Source: an uncultured Porphyromonadaceae bacterium (lineage in GTDB: Bacteria > Bacteroidota > Bacteroidia > Bacteroidales > Muribaculaceae). Taken from it: 64,000 nt of DNA. Below the pieces are notes generated by a model. It saw only the letters and a program-made list of their open reading frames with translations. It had not been told where the DNA came from and made no database searches. The stretch is from the NCBI GenBank assembly GCA_947178165.1, contig CAMWXH010000001.1, positions 44,266 through 108,265 of the forward strand, written 5' to 3'. Every line of letters begins with the position of its first letter. The first letter of the stretch is position 1. Below are positions 18,288 to 28,309 of this stretch, piece by piece. The position numbers and the translations under genes were made by a program.

Positions 18288-18788
18288 GTGAACCGACGCG
18301 AATTTGAATTGCTGTTTAAGAGGCTGTATCTCCCGTTGGGAATGTATGCTCTCCGTCTGGTGGGGGATATTGACCAGGCGGAGGATTTGGTGCAAGAGGC
18401 TTTCCTTAAATCATGGAGAGAAGTCGATGAAGGAAAAGAGATAAGCGATTTTAAAAGCTGGATTTACCGTTGTGTAAGGAATGAATGCATCTCTTTCTTG
18501 CGTGGAAAGAGAGAGATGGCTGATGTGGAGGAGATTCCTGAAGCAGGGGAGGAGGCCATCGATACTTCCGAACGTGATGCCCGGATCTGGCGCGCTGTTG
18601 ACGGATTGCCGGAGAAATGCCGGGAGATATTTCTTATGAGCAAGCGCGACGGAATGACCGGCGAGGAGATAGCTTCAGAATTAGGCATTTCAATCAAGAC
18701 TGTCAAGAATCAGATGACAAAGGCATTATCGCGTCTCCGCCAAGCTCTTTCAGAGGGTCATAAACCATTTTTCCTCCCTTTTCTGTAG
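18288..18788 (+). CDS. ECF-type RNA polymerase sigma-70 family factor
   Basis: Region 2 (DLVQEAFLKSW) and region 4 HTH (EIASELGISIKTVKNQMTKA) are recognisable. The start codon is GTG. Confidence 0.85.
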   Translation: MNRREFELLFKRLYLPLGMYALRLVGDIDQAEDLVQEAFLKSWREVDEGKEISDFKSWIYRCVRNECISFLRGKREMADVEEIPEAGEEAIDTSERDARIWRAVDGLPEKCREIFLMSKRDGMTGEEIASELGISIKTVKNQMTKALSRLRQALSEGHKPFFLPFL

Positions 18789-18871
18789 AATTTTTAAAAT
18801 TTATCAATTCCGTATAGGACCTTTTCGTAATCCCTGCGTCATAAAGGCAGAATCAAAAATTAACGTTACGA

Positions 18872-19456
18872 ATGAAAAGGATTTTCTTTATTGCCTCTCT
18901 CCTTATAGTTGCTCTGAATTGCTTTGCTCGTCAGCCTAAAAGAGGCTACCGGGGATTCCTGGAATGGAGCAGCAGTGTGCGCTCCGAAGAAATTGCTAAT
19001 TGGACGGGGAATGGCTTCAGCGGCAGCTACCACGAATCATTCTTCTTTACCGGCGCCTCCACTTCTCACGGCTATCAGATAGATCAGATGTTTTTCGTGG
19101 GCGCAGGGTTAGGGATGGAATATAATAAGACATGGGATGTCTGGTTAGTGCCATTATACGCACAAGGACGCTTGGATCTGCAGCTGGGAAAGTTCACCCC
19201 TTATGCAGATTTGCGCCTCGGTTATAACCTGTCGCAGGGTGGCGGAGTCTATTTTTCTCCCACTGTTGGCTATCGTTTCAACTGGGGTAGAAAGATGGGG
19301 GTGAATGTAGGCCTTGGACTCTCCCTCATCGATTACAAGATAGATAAATATGATGGCACTCTTGATTTCGATAATGGAATCTATGAGATCTCTTATATCG
19401 GTACTTATCATAAGGTGAAACCCTATTTCAGTTTTCGGATTGGAATAGATTTCTAA
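18872..19456 (+). CDS. Small outer-membrane beta-barrel (porin-family) protein
   Basis: Signal peptide, alternating aromatic/Gly-rich strands, and a C-terminal F (FSFRIGIDF). Confidence 0.6.
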   Translation: MKRIFFIASLLIVALNCFARQPKRGYRGFLEWSSSVRSEEIANWTGNGFSGSYHESFFFTGASTSHGYQIDQMFFVGAGLGMEYNKTWDVWLVPLYAQGRLDLQLGKFTPYADLRLGYNLSQGGGVYFSPTVGYRFNWGRKMGVNVGLGLSLIDYKIDKYDGTLDFDNGIYEISYIGTYHKVKPYFSFRIGIDF

Positions 19457-19520
19457 TGGTTAAGATGGATGAGACAGATTTCTAAGGAATCAGACAGGTT
19501 ACAATGTCATAATATGTGAT

Positions 19521-19964
19521 ATGGAAGAGCGGAATATAAATTTTGTGGCCAAGCATTACCGCAAAGGTGCATTTTCAGCTGAAAAGGCTTTGCACCGCAT
19601 GGGTTTCATTATGCCTAACCGCCGGCATCCTTTGAGTATTGCGGTTGCTGTGAGCTGCATCGTTGCTATCACGGCGGTGGCCTCTATATTTATTCACAAT
19701 GAATATGCTTCACGTGAGGAGGCTCCTGTGATAATTGAGCGGCCTGCAGTGAAGGGAGACCTGAAGGCCGTGAGAAGTATTGATTTCGATAATGCCCCCC
19801 TCACGGATGTGATAGAGGAGGTCAAGGAGGTATATGGAGTGGAAATAGAGGGTCTTCCCGAAGATGCTTCGTCCTATCATCTCACACTTCATTATGAAGG
19901 GAATGCCGTTGATTTAGTGGAAACAATCAATGAGATTCTCGATACAAATCTGAGGGTCAAGTAA
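19521..19964 (+). CDS. Short single-pass anti-sigma-like protein with a FecR C-terminal (DUF4974-like) domain
   Basis: TM segment SIAVAVSCIVAITAVASIFI, followed by IDFDNAPLTDVIEEVKEVYGVEI, which resembles the FecR_C/DUF4974 pattern. Its stop overlaps the ATG of the receptor gene (TAATG). Confidence 0.5.
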   Translation: MEERNINFVAKHYRKGAFSAEKALHRMGFIMPNRRHPLSIAVAVSCIVAITAVASIFIHNEYASREEAPVIIERPAVKGDLKAVRSIDFDNAPLTDVIEEVKEVYGVEIEGLPEDASSYHLTLHYEGNAVDLVETINEILDTNLRVK

Positions 19965-22429
19965 TGAAACGGACAATATTGCTTTGTATGGCCGTGGCAA
20001 TCTCAATAGCCGCGGAGGCCCGGAATGTGTCGGTATCTGCACGTCAGCGGCCTGCATCAGAAGTATTCCGGTCTTTGATGGAACAGACAGGTAAGAACTT
20101 CGTATATTCTACAGATATCCTTTCCGGAGTTAAAGTAACGGTAGAGGCAAAGAATGAACCGCTCGGCAAGGTGTTGAAACGTATGTTTGCTGGCACCGGT
20201 ATCGAGTTTAAGATAAAAGGGAATAATGTCGTGCTGAAAAAAGGGAAAAAGAGGGAGGCCGGGAAGGCTAACCCATTCCCCGTATCGGAAAAGAGGAAGG
20301 AACCTTTACCTGATTCTTTTCTGAAAGCGGAGCCACAAATGCTGGAGGAGGTGGTGGTAGTGTCGCGCCTTGAGTCTCCGCAGGTTGAGACCGTGGAAAT
20401 TGGCGCCGGTAAATTTACCTCTGCCGACATAGTCAATACTCCGGTACTCCTCGGTGAACCGGATGTGGTAAAGACCCTCCAGATGCAGCCCGGAGTGACC
20501 GAAGGGATGGAAGGGTTTGCCGGAATGTATGTTCACGGAGGGAATGGCGATGAGAACCTTTATATGCTGGATAATGTGCCGATATATCAGGTGAATCATT
20601 TTGCCGGACTTTTCTCAGCTTTCAATGTTGACGCAATAAGGTATATCGATTTCTTCAACTCCTCAATCCCTGCCAAGTATGACGGACGTCTGTCATCGTT
20701 CATGGATGTGCGCACGCGCAACGGGTCGCGCGAGGGTCATCACGGCTCGGCCAAATTAGGGCTCACCTCTGGCGCCTTCAGCATTGGCGGACCGATAGGG
20801 CGTAAGACAACCTATAGCGTGGCTCTGCGCCGTTCCTGGTATGATGTGCTCACGGCTCCCTTCATTGCCATAATGAACACCGCCAATGAGGATAAGATGC
20901 AGTTCAGATATGATTTTATGGATCTGAATGCGAAAGTGAATCATTCTTTCAATGAACGCACTTCCGGTTTCTTGAGCGTGTATTTCGGTAACGATGAGCT
21001 TCATACGGGTACCAAATATAATGCCGATTATGATAATACCTACTTTGACAACGATAAGTATGACATTAGTTGGGGTAACATCTTGGCGCAGGCGGGCGTG
21101 GTCTATAGGCTAAACGATGCAGTGACAGGGGAGTTTACCGGAGCTTACACCCGCTATTTTTCCGGCCTGAAGGCTGAGGAGGAAAGCGTGGAAAAGCAGG
21201 GTGGCGTAATCTTGAGCAGCATCAAATCGCGCCAGAAGACCAACAACTATATTGACGACGGCATATTGCGAGCCGATTTCAGATGGGTCCCTGCTGACAA
21301 CAGCATAGTGCGGTTTGGAGGAGGCTACACGCTTCATTCTTTTCTGCCCTTGAAGACTTGGCGTGAATATGATATGGATGGCATGAAAGTAACCTCACGT
21401 GATTCAGTGACTCGCTATCTTGCCAGCGAATTTAATGCTTACATTGAGGACGACTGGCGTATCTCCCCAAAGTTGCGTGCCAATGCCGGATTGCACCTTT
21501 CAATGTTCCATATCGAGGGGAAGAGTAAGTTCGGGGTGTCGCCACGTATTTCTCTAAGCTATCGGCCCATGGATAATTTGGCTGTAAAGGGGGCATACAG
21601 TCGCACCGTACAGTATGTGCATCAGCTTACACAGGGGACGTTGTCATTGCCGACCGATCAGTGGATACCTGTAACCGGGCGCTTCAAACCGGAGACCGCC
21701 GATAAGGTAGCAGTTGGCGGATATTGGGAATCTTCCGATGGACACTGGGCTATATCTGCAGAGGCTTATTGGAAATGGATGCACAATTTGGTTGAATATC
21801 GCGATGAATATTATTTGCGTCCGCCGTTGGAGATGTGGGATGCGCGTCTCACCGCCGGAAAAGGAACGGCAAAAGGTGTCGATTTCAAGCTTGAGAAAAA
21901 GTTTGGCAAGCTTACAGGCCATATAAGTTATTCGCTGGCGTGGAGCGACCGTAGGTTTGATGAAAAGAATGGAGGGAAGAGATATCCGGCAAGATACGAC
22001 AACCGCCATACGATAAATGTCCTGCTCAATTGGAAAATCAGCTCCAAAGCGGAGCTGAACGTAGGCTGGACCGGCCATTCAGGCAATCGCTTCACCTTTA
22101 TGCCTCAGCTTTGGGAAAGTCCCGGGTTTGATAAAGATCATGACTTTGTTGAAAACTCGCTCGGCGTGCCTCTGAACAACTATCAGCTGCCCTTCTATCA
22201 TCGTCTCGATCTTGGGCTAACAGTGCGTAACCGGCATGGATATTGGAATTTCGGGCTTTACAATGCCTATTGCAACCGAAATGCAATCGCCATTACCAGA
22301 GGAATACATAATGGGATAGGTCATTGGGATAAAGAAACCAATTCATTGGTATCCAATGATTATCCCGTGTTTCAGAAGATTTCTATTTTACCAATCATTC
22401 CTTCAGTTTCTTATACATGGGAGTTCTAA
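19964..22429 (+). CDS. TonB-dependent receptor/transducer with an N-terminal STN signalling domain
   Basis: STN-like N-terminus (ASEVFRSLMEQTGKNFVYS...VVL), plug motif GEPDVVKTLQMQPGV...YVHGG, and a C-terminal aromatic residue. Confidence 0.85.
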   Translation: MKRTILLCMAVAISIAAEARNVSVSARQRPASEVFRSLMEQTGKNFVYSTDILSGVKVTVEAKNEPLGKVLKRMFAGTGIEFKIKGNNVVLKKGKKREAGKANPFPVSEKRKEPLPDSFLKAEPQMLEEVVVVSRLESPQVETVEIGAGKFTSADIVNTPVLLGEPDVVKTLQMQPGVTEGMEGFAGMYVHGGNGDENLYMLDNVPIYQVNHFAGLFSAFNVDAIRYIDFFNSSIPAKYDGRLSSFMDVRTRNGSREGHHGSAKLGLTSGAFSIGGPIGRKTTYSVALRRSWYDVLTAPFIAIMNTANEDKMQFRYDFMDLNAKVNHSFNERTSGFLSVYFGNDELHTGTKYNADYDNTYFDNDKYDISWGNILAQAGVVYRLNDAVTGEFTGAYTRYFSGLKAEEESVEKQGGVILSSIKSRQKTNNYIDDGILRADFRWVPADNSIVRFGGGYTLHSFLPLKTWREYDMDGMKVTSRDSVTRYLASEFNAYIEDDWRISPKLRANAGLHLSMFHIEGKSKFGVSPRISLSYRPMDNLAVKGAYSRTVQYVHQLTQGTLSLPTDQWIPVTGRFKPETADKVAVGGYWESSDGHWAISAEAYWKWMHNLVEYRDEYYLRPPLEMWDARLTAGKGTAKGVDFKLEKKFGKLTGHISYSLAWSDRRFDEKNGGKRYPARYDNRHTINVLLNWKISSKAELNVGWTGHSGNRFTFMPQLWESPGFDKDHDFVENSLGVPLNNYQLPFYHRLDLGLTVRNRHGYWNFGLYNAYCNRNAIAITRGIHNGIGHWDKETNSLVSNDYPVFQKISILPIIPSVSYTWEF

Positions 22430-23484
22430 AAAATATAAGAAAATATTCCTTAAGCATTGCAATAGGCTTTGCATTATGTGTGGTTTTTTCAGGCTGCTAC
22501 ACTGATTTCGCCCCCGATATTGAAGCCCGGCCTGTGCTCTGCCTCAATTCGCTTATCACGGCCGGTGAAACGATTTCTGTGGATGTCACGCGGAGTTGGG
22601 TCTATACCGACGTGAATGGTGAGAAGAATCACGAGGTAAATGATGCTGTGGTGAATATTTTTGCCAACGGTGTAATAGTGGAGGATGATTATCTGCCTGA
22701 AGAGGGGGATGAGATCAGGATACACGCCTTCAGTCCCACTTATGGAGAGGCTGAGGCAACTGTAAAGGTGCCTGTGGCTCCTATGCTGAAGGATATTGAA
22801 TGTGTTCCAACTGTTAAAGAGGGGAGGGTGCATGAATATGAACATACTTTCTGCACCACAATCGATTTTGATTTAGGCATTCGTGTCACTTTGGAGGATT
22901 CGCCGGAATGGCAAAACTATTATCATTACGGGCTGGAGCATTATGCGGAATTTGTAGCAGGCAGTGATTCCACGGAAGGGGAGCTGAATAGGGAGGAGTC
23001 ATCATGTATCATCAGGGACGGTATTTTGCAATATGAGGCTGAGCCTATTTTCAGCGAGCATATAAGTGAATTTGACGCTATGATGGGAGGTGATGCGTAC
23101 GGTTTCGCTTTCTTCACCGACCGGCAGTTCTCCGGGACTGATTATCGACTGAACCTTCAATACCGCAATGTGCAGGCCCTCATCACTTGCACTCCCGACA
23201 ATATTGAGGAGGTATGCGATTCCGGATTTATTGTATGCCTTAGCTCGGTATCAGAAAGCTATTACAATTGGTTTAATTACTGTTGGCAGATTTATTCCGG
23301 AGCAATATGGGATTTGTCTGAGGTGGGATTGGCCGAGCCGGTGAAAGGTTACAGCAATGTTTCCACCGGAGCAGGGGTGGTTGCGGCCCGTTCCACAGCG
23401 AAAGTGAGGATTCCGATGGATGATTTCTTTGTACCCTTAGTGAAGAAAGCATTGGATAAAATAAGTGGCAATGAAGAAAAATAG
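22417..23484 (+). CDS. DUF4249-like lipoprotein, the usual partner of this receptor type
   Basis: Lipobox VFSGC and an N-terminal pattern (PVLCLNSLITAGETISVDVTRS) typical of DUF4249 as I recall it. It sits immediately after the receptor gene. Confidence 0.55.
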   Translation: MGVLKNIRKYSLSIAIGFALCVVFSGCYTDFAPDIEARPVLCLNSLITAGETISVDVTRSWVYTDVNGEKNHEVNDAVVNIFANGVIVEDDYLPEEGDEIRIHAFSPTYGEAEATVKVPVAPMLKDIECVPTVKEGRVHEYEHTFCTTIDFDLGIRVTLEDSPEWQNYYHYGLEHYAEFVAGSDSTEGELNREESSCIIRDGILQYEAEPIFSEHISEFDAMMGGDAYGFAFFTDRQFSGTDYRLNLQYRNVQALITCTPDNIEEVCDSGFIVCLSSVSESYYNWFNYCWQIYSGAIWDLSEVGLAEPVKGYSNVSTGAGVVAARSTAKVRIPMDDFFVPLVKKALDKISGNEEK

Positions 23485-23490
23485 ATTGCA

Positions 23491-23868
23491 ATGAAAAGAA
23501 TTATAAGAAACGTAGTTTTCCTCATCCTTATATTGATTTGTCAATCCTGTTTTACGGAGGATAGCAACGGATTCATCAACCGTATGGCTGTAAACAACAA
23601 TGGAGGCATTTTTATTGTAAAGGGCGAAACGGGAGTTTATTCTCTGGAGATAGGGGAGGGGGAAAAGATGGATGCCTATCACGAAGAGTATATTGAGCCT
23701 GACACTGTGGCGGTCAGAAGCCCTTGGCTGGAAGCAAAAACAAGGATAGGAAGCAATAGGATCACCGTGAGTGTGGCTCCCCTTGTTGAGGGCAAGAAAA
23801 GGCTTGCCCCAATCACAGCGTATTCCGGGAATGAATACGCTGTGATATGGATTGTGCAATATCCTTGA
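23491..23868 (+). CDS. Small lipoprotein, function unknown
   Basis: Signal peptide with LICQSC. 125 aa. Confidence 0.5.
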   Translation: MKRIIRNVVFLILILICQSCFTEDSNGFINRMAVNNNGGIFIVKGETGVYSLEIGEGEKMDAYHEEYIEPDTVAVRSPWLEAKTRIGSNRITVSVAPLVEGKKRLAPITAYSGNEYAVIWIVQYP

Positions 23869-24029
23869 ACTATTCCGATGTCAGAAAGTATATTTTATTC
23901 CGGCATAAACGTTCCACCAATTCTCTGCCGCCATGTTCACTGACAGCACAAATGACATCACAATCATCGTTAGACATACAATTCTTCTCAATTTAAGTTA
24001 TTTTGATTATTATTTCTAAAACTCACTTC

Positions 24030-26141
24030 TTATCGTAATATTGCACTTTGTCCTAATTCCGTCTGTTCAATCTCACTATTTTCGCCCACCTTCTTTCCAT
24101 ACCCGAAAGTGTAGGATAACTGAATATCGAGGCTTCTGTGGTATCCGTAGCCAAAACGTTGGATATCCTGTCGGTAATATGCAGTCGATAATGAAGTTTG
24201 AGTTGTCTTCCAATCCGAATTGAAAACGTTGCTGGCCACAATCCTTGCCCTCCAGGGTCCGTGTCCCCAGCCGAATTGCAACTGATATTGGGAGGGGTAC
24301 TTGATACGTGTGTTGCTTCCCTCTTCAATTATCTTGGTTGGAGAGGAATACCAACCCATAAGGTAGAATTCACCGAAATACCATGTCAGCTGTGCCGACC
24401 CACTGAAATCTGATAATGAAGAGGCATATTCCCCCGTGAGTCGATAGAAACTGATTTCCGGCGATACATTGGCAACAAGACGGCCGTCACAAAGCTTCGC
24501 AGTAACGCTGCCGGAAATCCTACCCATGCTGTAAGAGCCGTTGTTTTCATATTTTCTTAATAGATAGCCCTCCTGTGTTTCAGGGATATACAAAATCGCA
24601 ATCCGATTGTTCGCCCTGTAATAGTTTCCTGAAAGCGACATCTGCCATCTGTTGTTGGGAATCCAAGCATAGGCAAGATTTACAAGCTGCTTGAAATAGC
24701 TCTTGAGTTCCGGATTTCCGGCATACCATATTATCTCGTCTTGTCTAAGAAGAACAGGGCTTTTCTGATAAGTCTCAGGTATCTCCTTTGCTATGCCCCA
24801 CGATGCTTCTATCCTATGCCGGTCTGTAGGGGAATAGCTGCCGAATATGGAACCCTGTGGACAGCTCTCAGTGGTTCTGACCCCTGTCATATCTGTTTTT
24901 GCCAGTCCTGAGGTGCACATAGCCCCGGCATTCCAGTTATCCCTTACGTGCATATACCTTACTCCGGCTCCGTAGCCCTGGATGCTGTATGTCTGTTTTG
25001 AAGGGGAGTCTCCGGCATAATCAATGCCGATGTGCCGTATGTCCACGTGTATGAAGGGAGCCAGGCTGTTATGCTGGTCGGGAGCCCATAAAAGAAAATC
25101 GGTCAGAGAGACGTGATGCGAACGTTCGGTGGCATTGTTCGTGATGTCGAGTCCGTCGGAGAGGCGGAGGTTTCTGGCAATGTTCCGGCCGAACTGGTAT
25201 TCTCCCGTGATGCTCATGGATAGTTTCTTATTTATTATCAGATCGCATAACAGATCATACCTGAAACCATCGTTATCAGCTGACGATTTTACTGCCGTGT
25301 TCGAATATGGGAATACTCCTGTGGGATATGTAACTTCTGACTCCGAATCATTAGTCGGCGTTCTGCTCCCGACATAAGCCACTGTATTTGAGAGAGTGAG
25401 GTTGTCTGAAGAATATAGGGAACGGAAAGATACATTCCCCGCGTTTGATTTTTTATCGGATGATAGGGTGTTGGTCTGGCGGAGTATATCTTGATCTGAC
25501 CCATATTGCGGATTATTCAGGCTGAACACTTCCGTCATATCGGTTCCAATTCTGGAATTTGATGTGAAACTGTCGGCGGCGGATAGGTCAAAGGTCATTC
25601 TCTTGTATTTCATTTTTGAATATATCCTTCCACCAACCTGAGGCTCCTCGATGCATCCTGTAGCCGTAAGCTTCGTATATCCTCCCCACTCATATTTCTT
25701 CATTATGAAGTTTATGACAAACTCAGCCCCGTGAAATCTCGGGTCTTGGGGATAAACGAGATATTCCACCCTCTTGACATCTGTTGGCAGCAATCCCTGG
25801 ATATCCTCAGCAGAAGCACTCACAAAGTCAATAAATATAGCCACGTTTTTACCTGTGGAGGTCGTCACGGCGTCAGAGGCTGGATTGACGTTTATTTGAG
25901 GGATTGCCATGTGTAGCAGGAGTGAATACCCGTCGGATGCCACATTCTTTTGCCTTGCCGACGGTATGTATGAGGCTCCGCGAGCACTCAGGGAAGCGTT
26001 CCTGGACTCAACCACAATCTCGTTCAGGTCTGTGGTAGTGGTTGAATCCTGCATAGTGTTCTGGGCCGCTATAGGATGGGTAGTTGCCATGGATGCCAAC
26101 ACCAATACGATAGACATGTATTCGGTAAATATTGGGCTCAT
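24030..26141 (-). CDS. Outer-membrane beta-barrel family protein (OMP_b-brl_3 / TonB-receptor-like), paralog A
   Basis: 703 aa with a plug-like N-terminus (NEIVVESRN...VKRVEY...DPRFHG) and a barrel-like C-terminus (LSYTFGYGKK). Roughly 45 percent identical by eye to the 28310..30397 product. The start may instead be the internal Met at 26117. Confidence 0.7.
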   Translation of the reverse strand: MSPIFTEYMSIVLVLASMATTHPIAAQNTMQDSTTTTDLNEIVVESRNASLSARGASYIPSARQKNVASDGYSLLLHMAIPQINVNPASDAVTTSTGKNVAIFIDFVSASAEDIQGLLPTDVKRVEYLVYPQDPRFHGAEFVINFIMKKYEWGGYTKLTATGCIEEPQVGGRIYSKMKYKRMTFDLSAADSFTSNSRIGTDMTEVFSLNNPQYGSDQDILRQTNTLSSDKKSNAGNVSFRSLYSSDNLTLSNTVAYVGSRTPTNDSESEVTYPTGVFPYSNTAVKSSADNDGFRYDLLCDLIINKKLSMSITGEYQFGRNIARNLRLSDGLDITNNATERSHHVSLTDFLLWAPDQHNSLAPFIHVDIRHIGIDYAGDSPSKQTYSIQGYGAGVRYMHVRDNWNAGAMCTSGLAKTDMTGVRTTESCPQGSIFGSYSPTDRHRIEASWGIAKEIPETYQKSPVLLRQDEIIWYAGNPELKSYFKQLVNLAYAWIPNNRWQMSLSGNYYRANNRIAILYIPETQEGYLLRKYENNGSYSMGRISGSVTAKLCDGRLVANVSPEISFYRLTGEYASSLSDFSGSAQLTWYFGEFYLMGWYSSPTKIIEEGSNTRIKYPSQYQLQFGWGHGPWRARIVASNVFNSDWKTTQTSLSTAYYRQDIQRFGYGYHRSLDIQLSYTFGYGKKVGENSEIEQTELGQSAILR

Positions 26142-26325
26142 TGATTTATTTTTTAATCACTATCGACTTGTTTTTATTGAATCTAATAAGGATTCTTCTA
26201 ATACATTCTTATCCTTAAATTGACTGCACAAATTGAAATGTCCGTTTTTGTATTTATTGCGATAACGATAATATCCACAACCCCCTTTACATATTGGAGA
26301 TACATGATTTGCGTAATATTACTAT

Positions 26326-26351
26326 CAGATGCAACATTTTGCGCAAAGTTA
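26326..26351 (-). promoter_or_regulatory. -7 box TAacTTTG plus a conserved 23-bp leader block shared with 33315-33340
   Basis: cagatgcaacattttgcgcaaag is identical at 26326-26348 and 33315-33337. It contains the palindrome TTTGCGCAAA. Confidence 0.55.
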
Positions 26352-26416
26352 ATGATTTTATTTGAATCTATAATAATCTTTCAGATTGAAAATATGAAGT
26401 CGCTACTTTCAGCAAG

Positions 26417-27271
26417 TTATTTATCCACCTCCATACATTCTATAAAGAATGGGGCGGCAAAGGGGTTTTTATCCCAGATTCCATCCACTAATGTTCTGTT
26501 CCATGTATTCTTTCCAAACATATTGCTTCTGAACCAGAAATATTCATCCTTTAGATTTTCTAAAAATTCAATCTCCACCAAGGCATCTTTGGGAAGGGCA
26601 ATATGGAAAGGAATTTCATATTCAAATTTCCCACTTAAATTTTCAGTCAGCACGTAATCAAAATAGATTGGTTTCGGCAGGATATTTACGAAGTTTGAGG
26701 AGGGAGCCTTCTTAACCCCGCTCATATCGTAAACATTTATCCTGAATTTCATTTTTGTCATTTGAGAGGGTCCCTCACAATAATAGAAACCCACTTTATG
26801 TAGCAAGTATTTTTTATCAGGCTTTGCGTGGAATTCATATCCAAAACATTCTCCTGCCACGTCTCCGTCAATCACCGACTTCATCATTGCCCAGCTGTGC
26901 TTCTTGCCGGCTTTCCTTGTTTTTATTTTATTCTTTTTAGGAAGCACGACCAGTTCCTCCAATAGGGCAGCGACTGGAGCCATCTCTAAGACCAAACTTC
27001 TTTGCCCGGCGATTTCACCGATCGCTTTATTCAGAGAATGATAACCTAAATAGGAAATATTAAGGGTATCCGTTTTATCATATTTCCCTATTGTAAGGTT
27101 AAATCTGCCGGTGCTGTCGGCTAAAGCGGCGATGTTCCTGGCTTTTATCCTTAGGGTTGAATAGGGAAGTGGATTATAATTCTCATCTACTATGATTCCA
27201 CTTAATTGCTCGCTGTAACTGTAAGAAGTTAAGAGGAGAATTAAAACGTAAAACAGGTATTTTTTCATCAC
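26417..27271 (-). CDS. Carboxypeptidase-regulatory-like domain protein
   Basis: Signal peptide, followed by LSGIIVDENYNPLPYSTLRIKARNIAALADSTGRFNL, which has the CarboxypepD_reg pattern. Confidence 0.65.
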   Translation of the reverse strand: MMKKYLFYVLILLLTSYSYSEQLSGIIVDENYNPLPYSTLRIKARNIAALADSTGRFNLTIGKYDKTDTLNISYLGYHSLNKAIGEIAGQRSLVLEMAPVAALLEELVVLPKKNKIKTRKAGKKHSWAMMKSVIDGDVAGECFGYEFHAKPDKKYLLHKVGFYYCEGPSQMTKMKFRINVYDMSGVKKAPSSNFVNILPKPIYFDYVLTENLSGKFEYEIPFHIALPKDALVEIEFLENLKDEYFWFRSNMFGKNTWNRTLVDGIWDKNPFAAPFFIECMEVDK

Positions 27272-27368
27272 GGGATAGATACGTAATGAAGAGAATGCAG
27301 GCCACTACCCACATTCTCTTTTAGTTTGAAAAACATTCATTTGAAGAAATCAGCGTGTGGTAAGTCCA

Positions 27369-27767
27369 TTAGTATTTCAATTTTACCACCATCTCCCCTA
27401 AGGAGATGTCGCCGGTGATTTCAACAGGGGTCTTATTCTCGTTGTCTTCAATTTTAAATGACACTCCGTTTCCTGTTGAACTCAACGGGATATTATTAAA
27501 TTCTTTACTGCTGTATCCCGGAATGACGTGGACAAAGATAAAGTCACCCTTTTTCAAGTCCGTTGAAGAGAATCTCACAGATCCGTGCTCATTGATTTCT
27601 TGGCCATTTTCATACACTTTTAATTTCCATGGGCCATCTTTTGCATACTCTCTCGAAAGTACAGACGTGGTGTACTCTTCAGGATTCGGTTCATCTTTCG
27701 AACATCCACTAATAGCCATGGATATTAAACATGAGAGGAGAAGGAGTGTTAGACATTTAAATTTCAT
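27369..27767 (-). CDS. Small lipoprotein, function unknown
   Basis: Lipobox AISGC. 132 aa. Confidence 0.55.
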   Translation of the reverse strand: MKFKCLTLLLLSCLISMAISGCSKDEPNPEEYTTSVLSREYAKDGPWKLKVYENGQEINEHGSVRFSSTDLKKGDFIFVHVIPGYSSKEFNNIPLSSTGNGVSFKIEDNENKTPVEITGDISLGEMVVKLKY

Positions 27768-28038
27768 TTTTTTAATTTATTATTACTTTGAGCTTTATTC
27801 GTTAGAAAGTACATATAGTAAACTTCGGGATGATAAAATTTGTGACAATCTGTTATTAATTATTTTCTATAAATCTTATCTGCCTCATAGATGGCATACC
27901 CATCTAATGGAGTGTATTGCAAGGATCATAAGTAAGTTACTCAATTTTTGCAAGAATATAATCTATCTAAAGATAGTATGCTATGCTTCTGAATTTATAA
28001 TTTCCGAATGCAGATTCTTTAAGACCGCAAAGTTCATT

Positions 28039-28230
28039 TCACATCAATAGATGATGCAAAATACTCTCTCCGTTTGAATAAGGATAGGGAACAAAACACG
28101 CCACTAAGATCAGTGCAAGACAAATGGCTATGATAATGACCATTCCCCACCGTATAAGCGCGTGGGGTATTTCACCAAGAAGATTTCTTACTTTTTCTGA
28201 ACGTTGTTCAAGCAGAGGATCGTTGCTCAT
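28039..28230 (-). pseudogene. N-terminal remnant of a HlyD-family adaptor from a peptide-exporter system
   Basis: The 63-aa ORF RSEKVRNLLGEIPHALIRWGMVIIIAICLALILVACFVPYP matches the characteristic N-terminus and TM of Bacteroidota HlyD adaptors. It then terminates, whereas the normal length is about 400 aa. Confidence 0.6.
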
Positions 28231-28309
28231 TAAAAATTGAATTAATGTTTTGAATACTAATTATTTTTCAATCAATGCTTATTTATTTTTACTCATATTT
28301 TTGAATGAA

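Noticed and set aside
23870-23977. A 35-aa Cys-containing minus-strand ORF (MSNDDCDVICAVSEHGGRELVERLCRNKIYFLTSE) downstream of OMP paralog A
   Set aside because: It has no promoter box, signal or leader motif and no recognisable family. In a 160-bp spacer an ORF this size is expected by chance.
27406-28050. A 214-aa plus-strand ORF spanning the lipoprotein gene and an AT-rich spacer
   Set aside because: It overlaps a lipoprotein ORF with a clear lipobox on the other strand, and it continues through AT-rich non-coding-looking sequence with no motifs.
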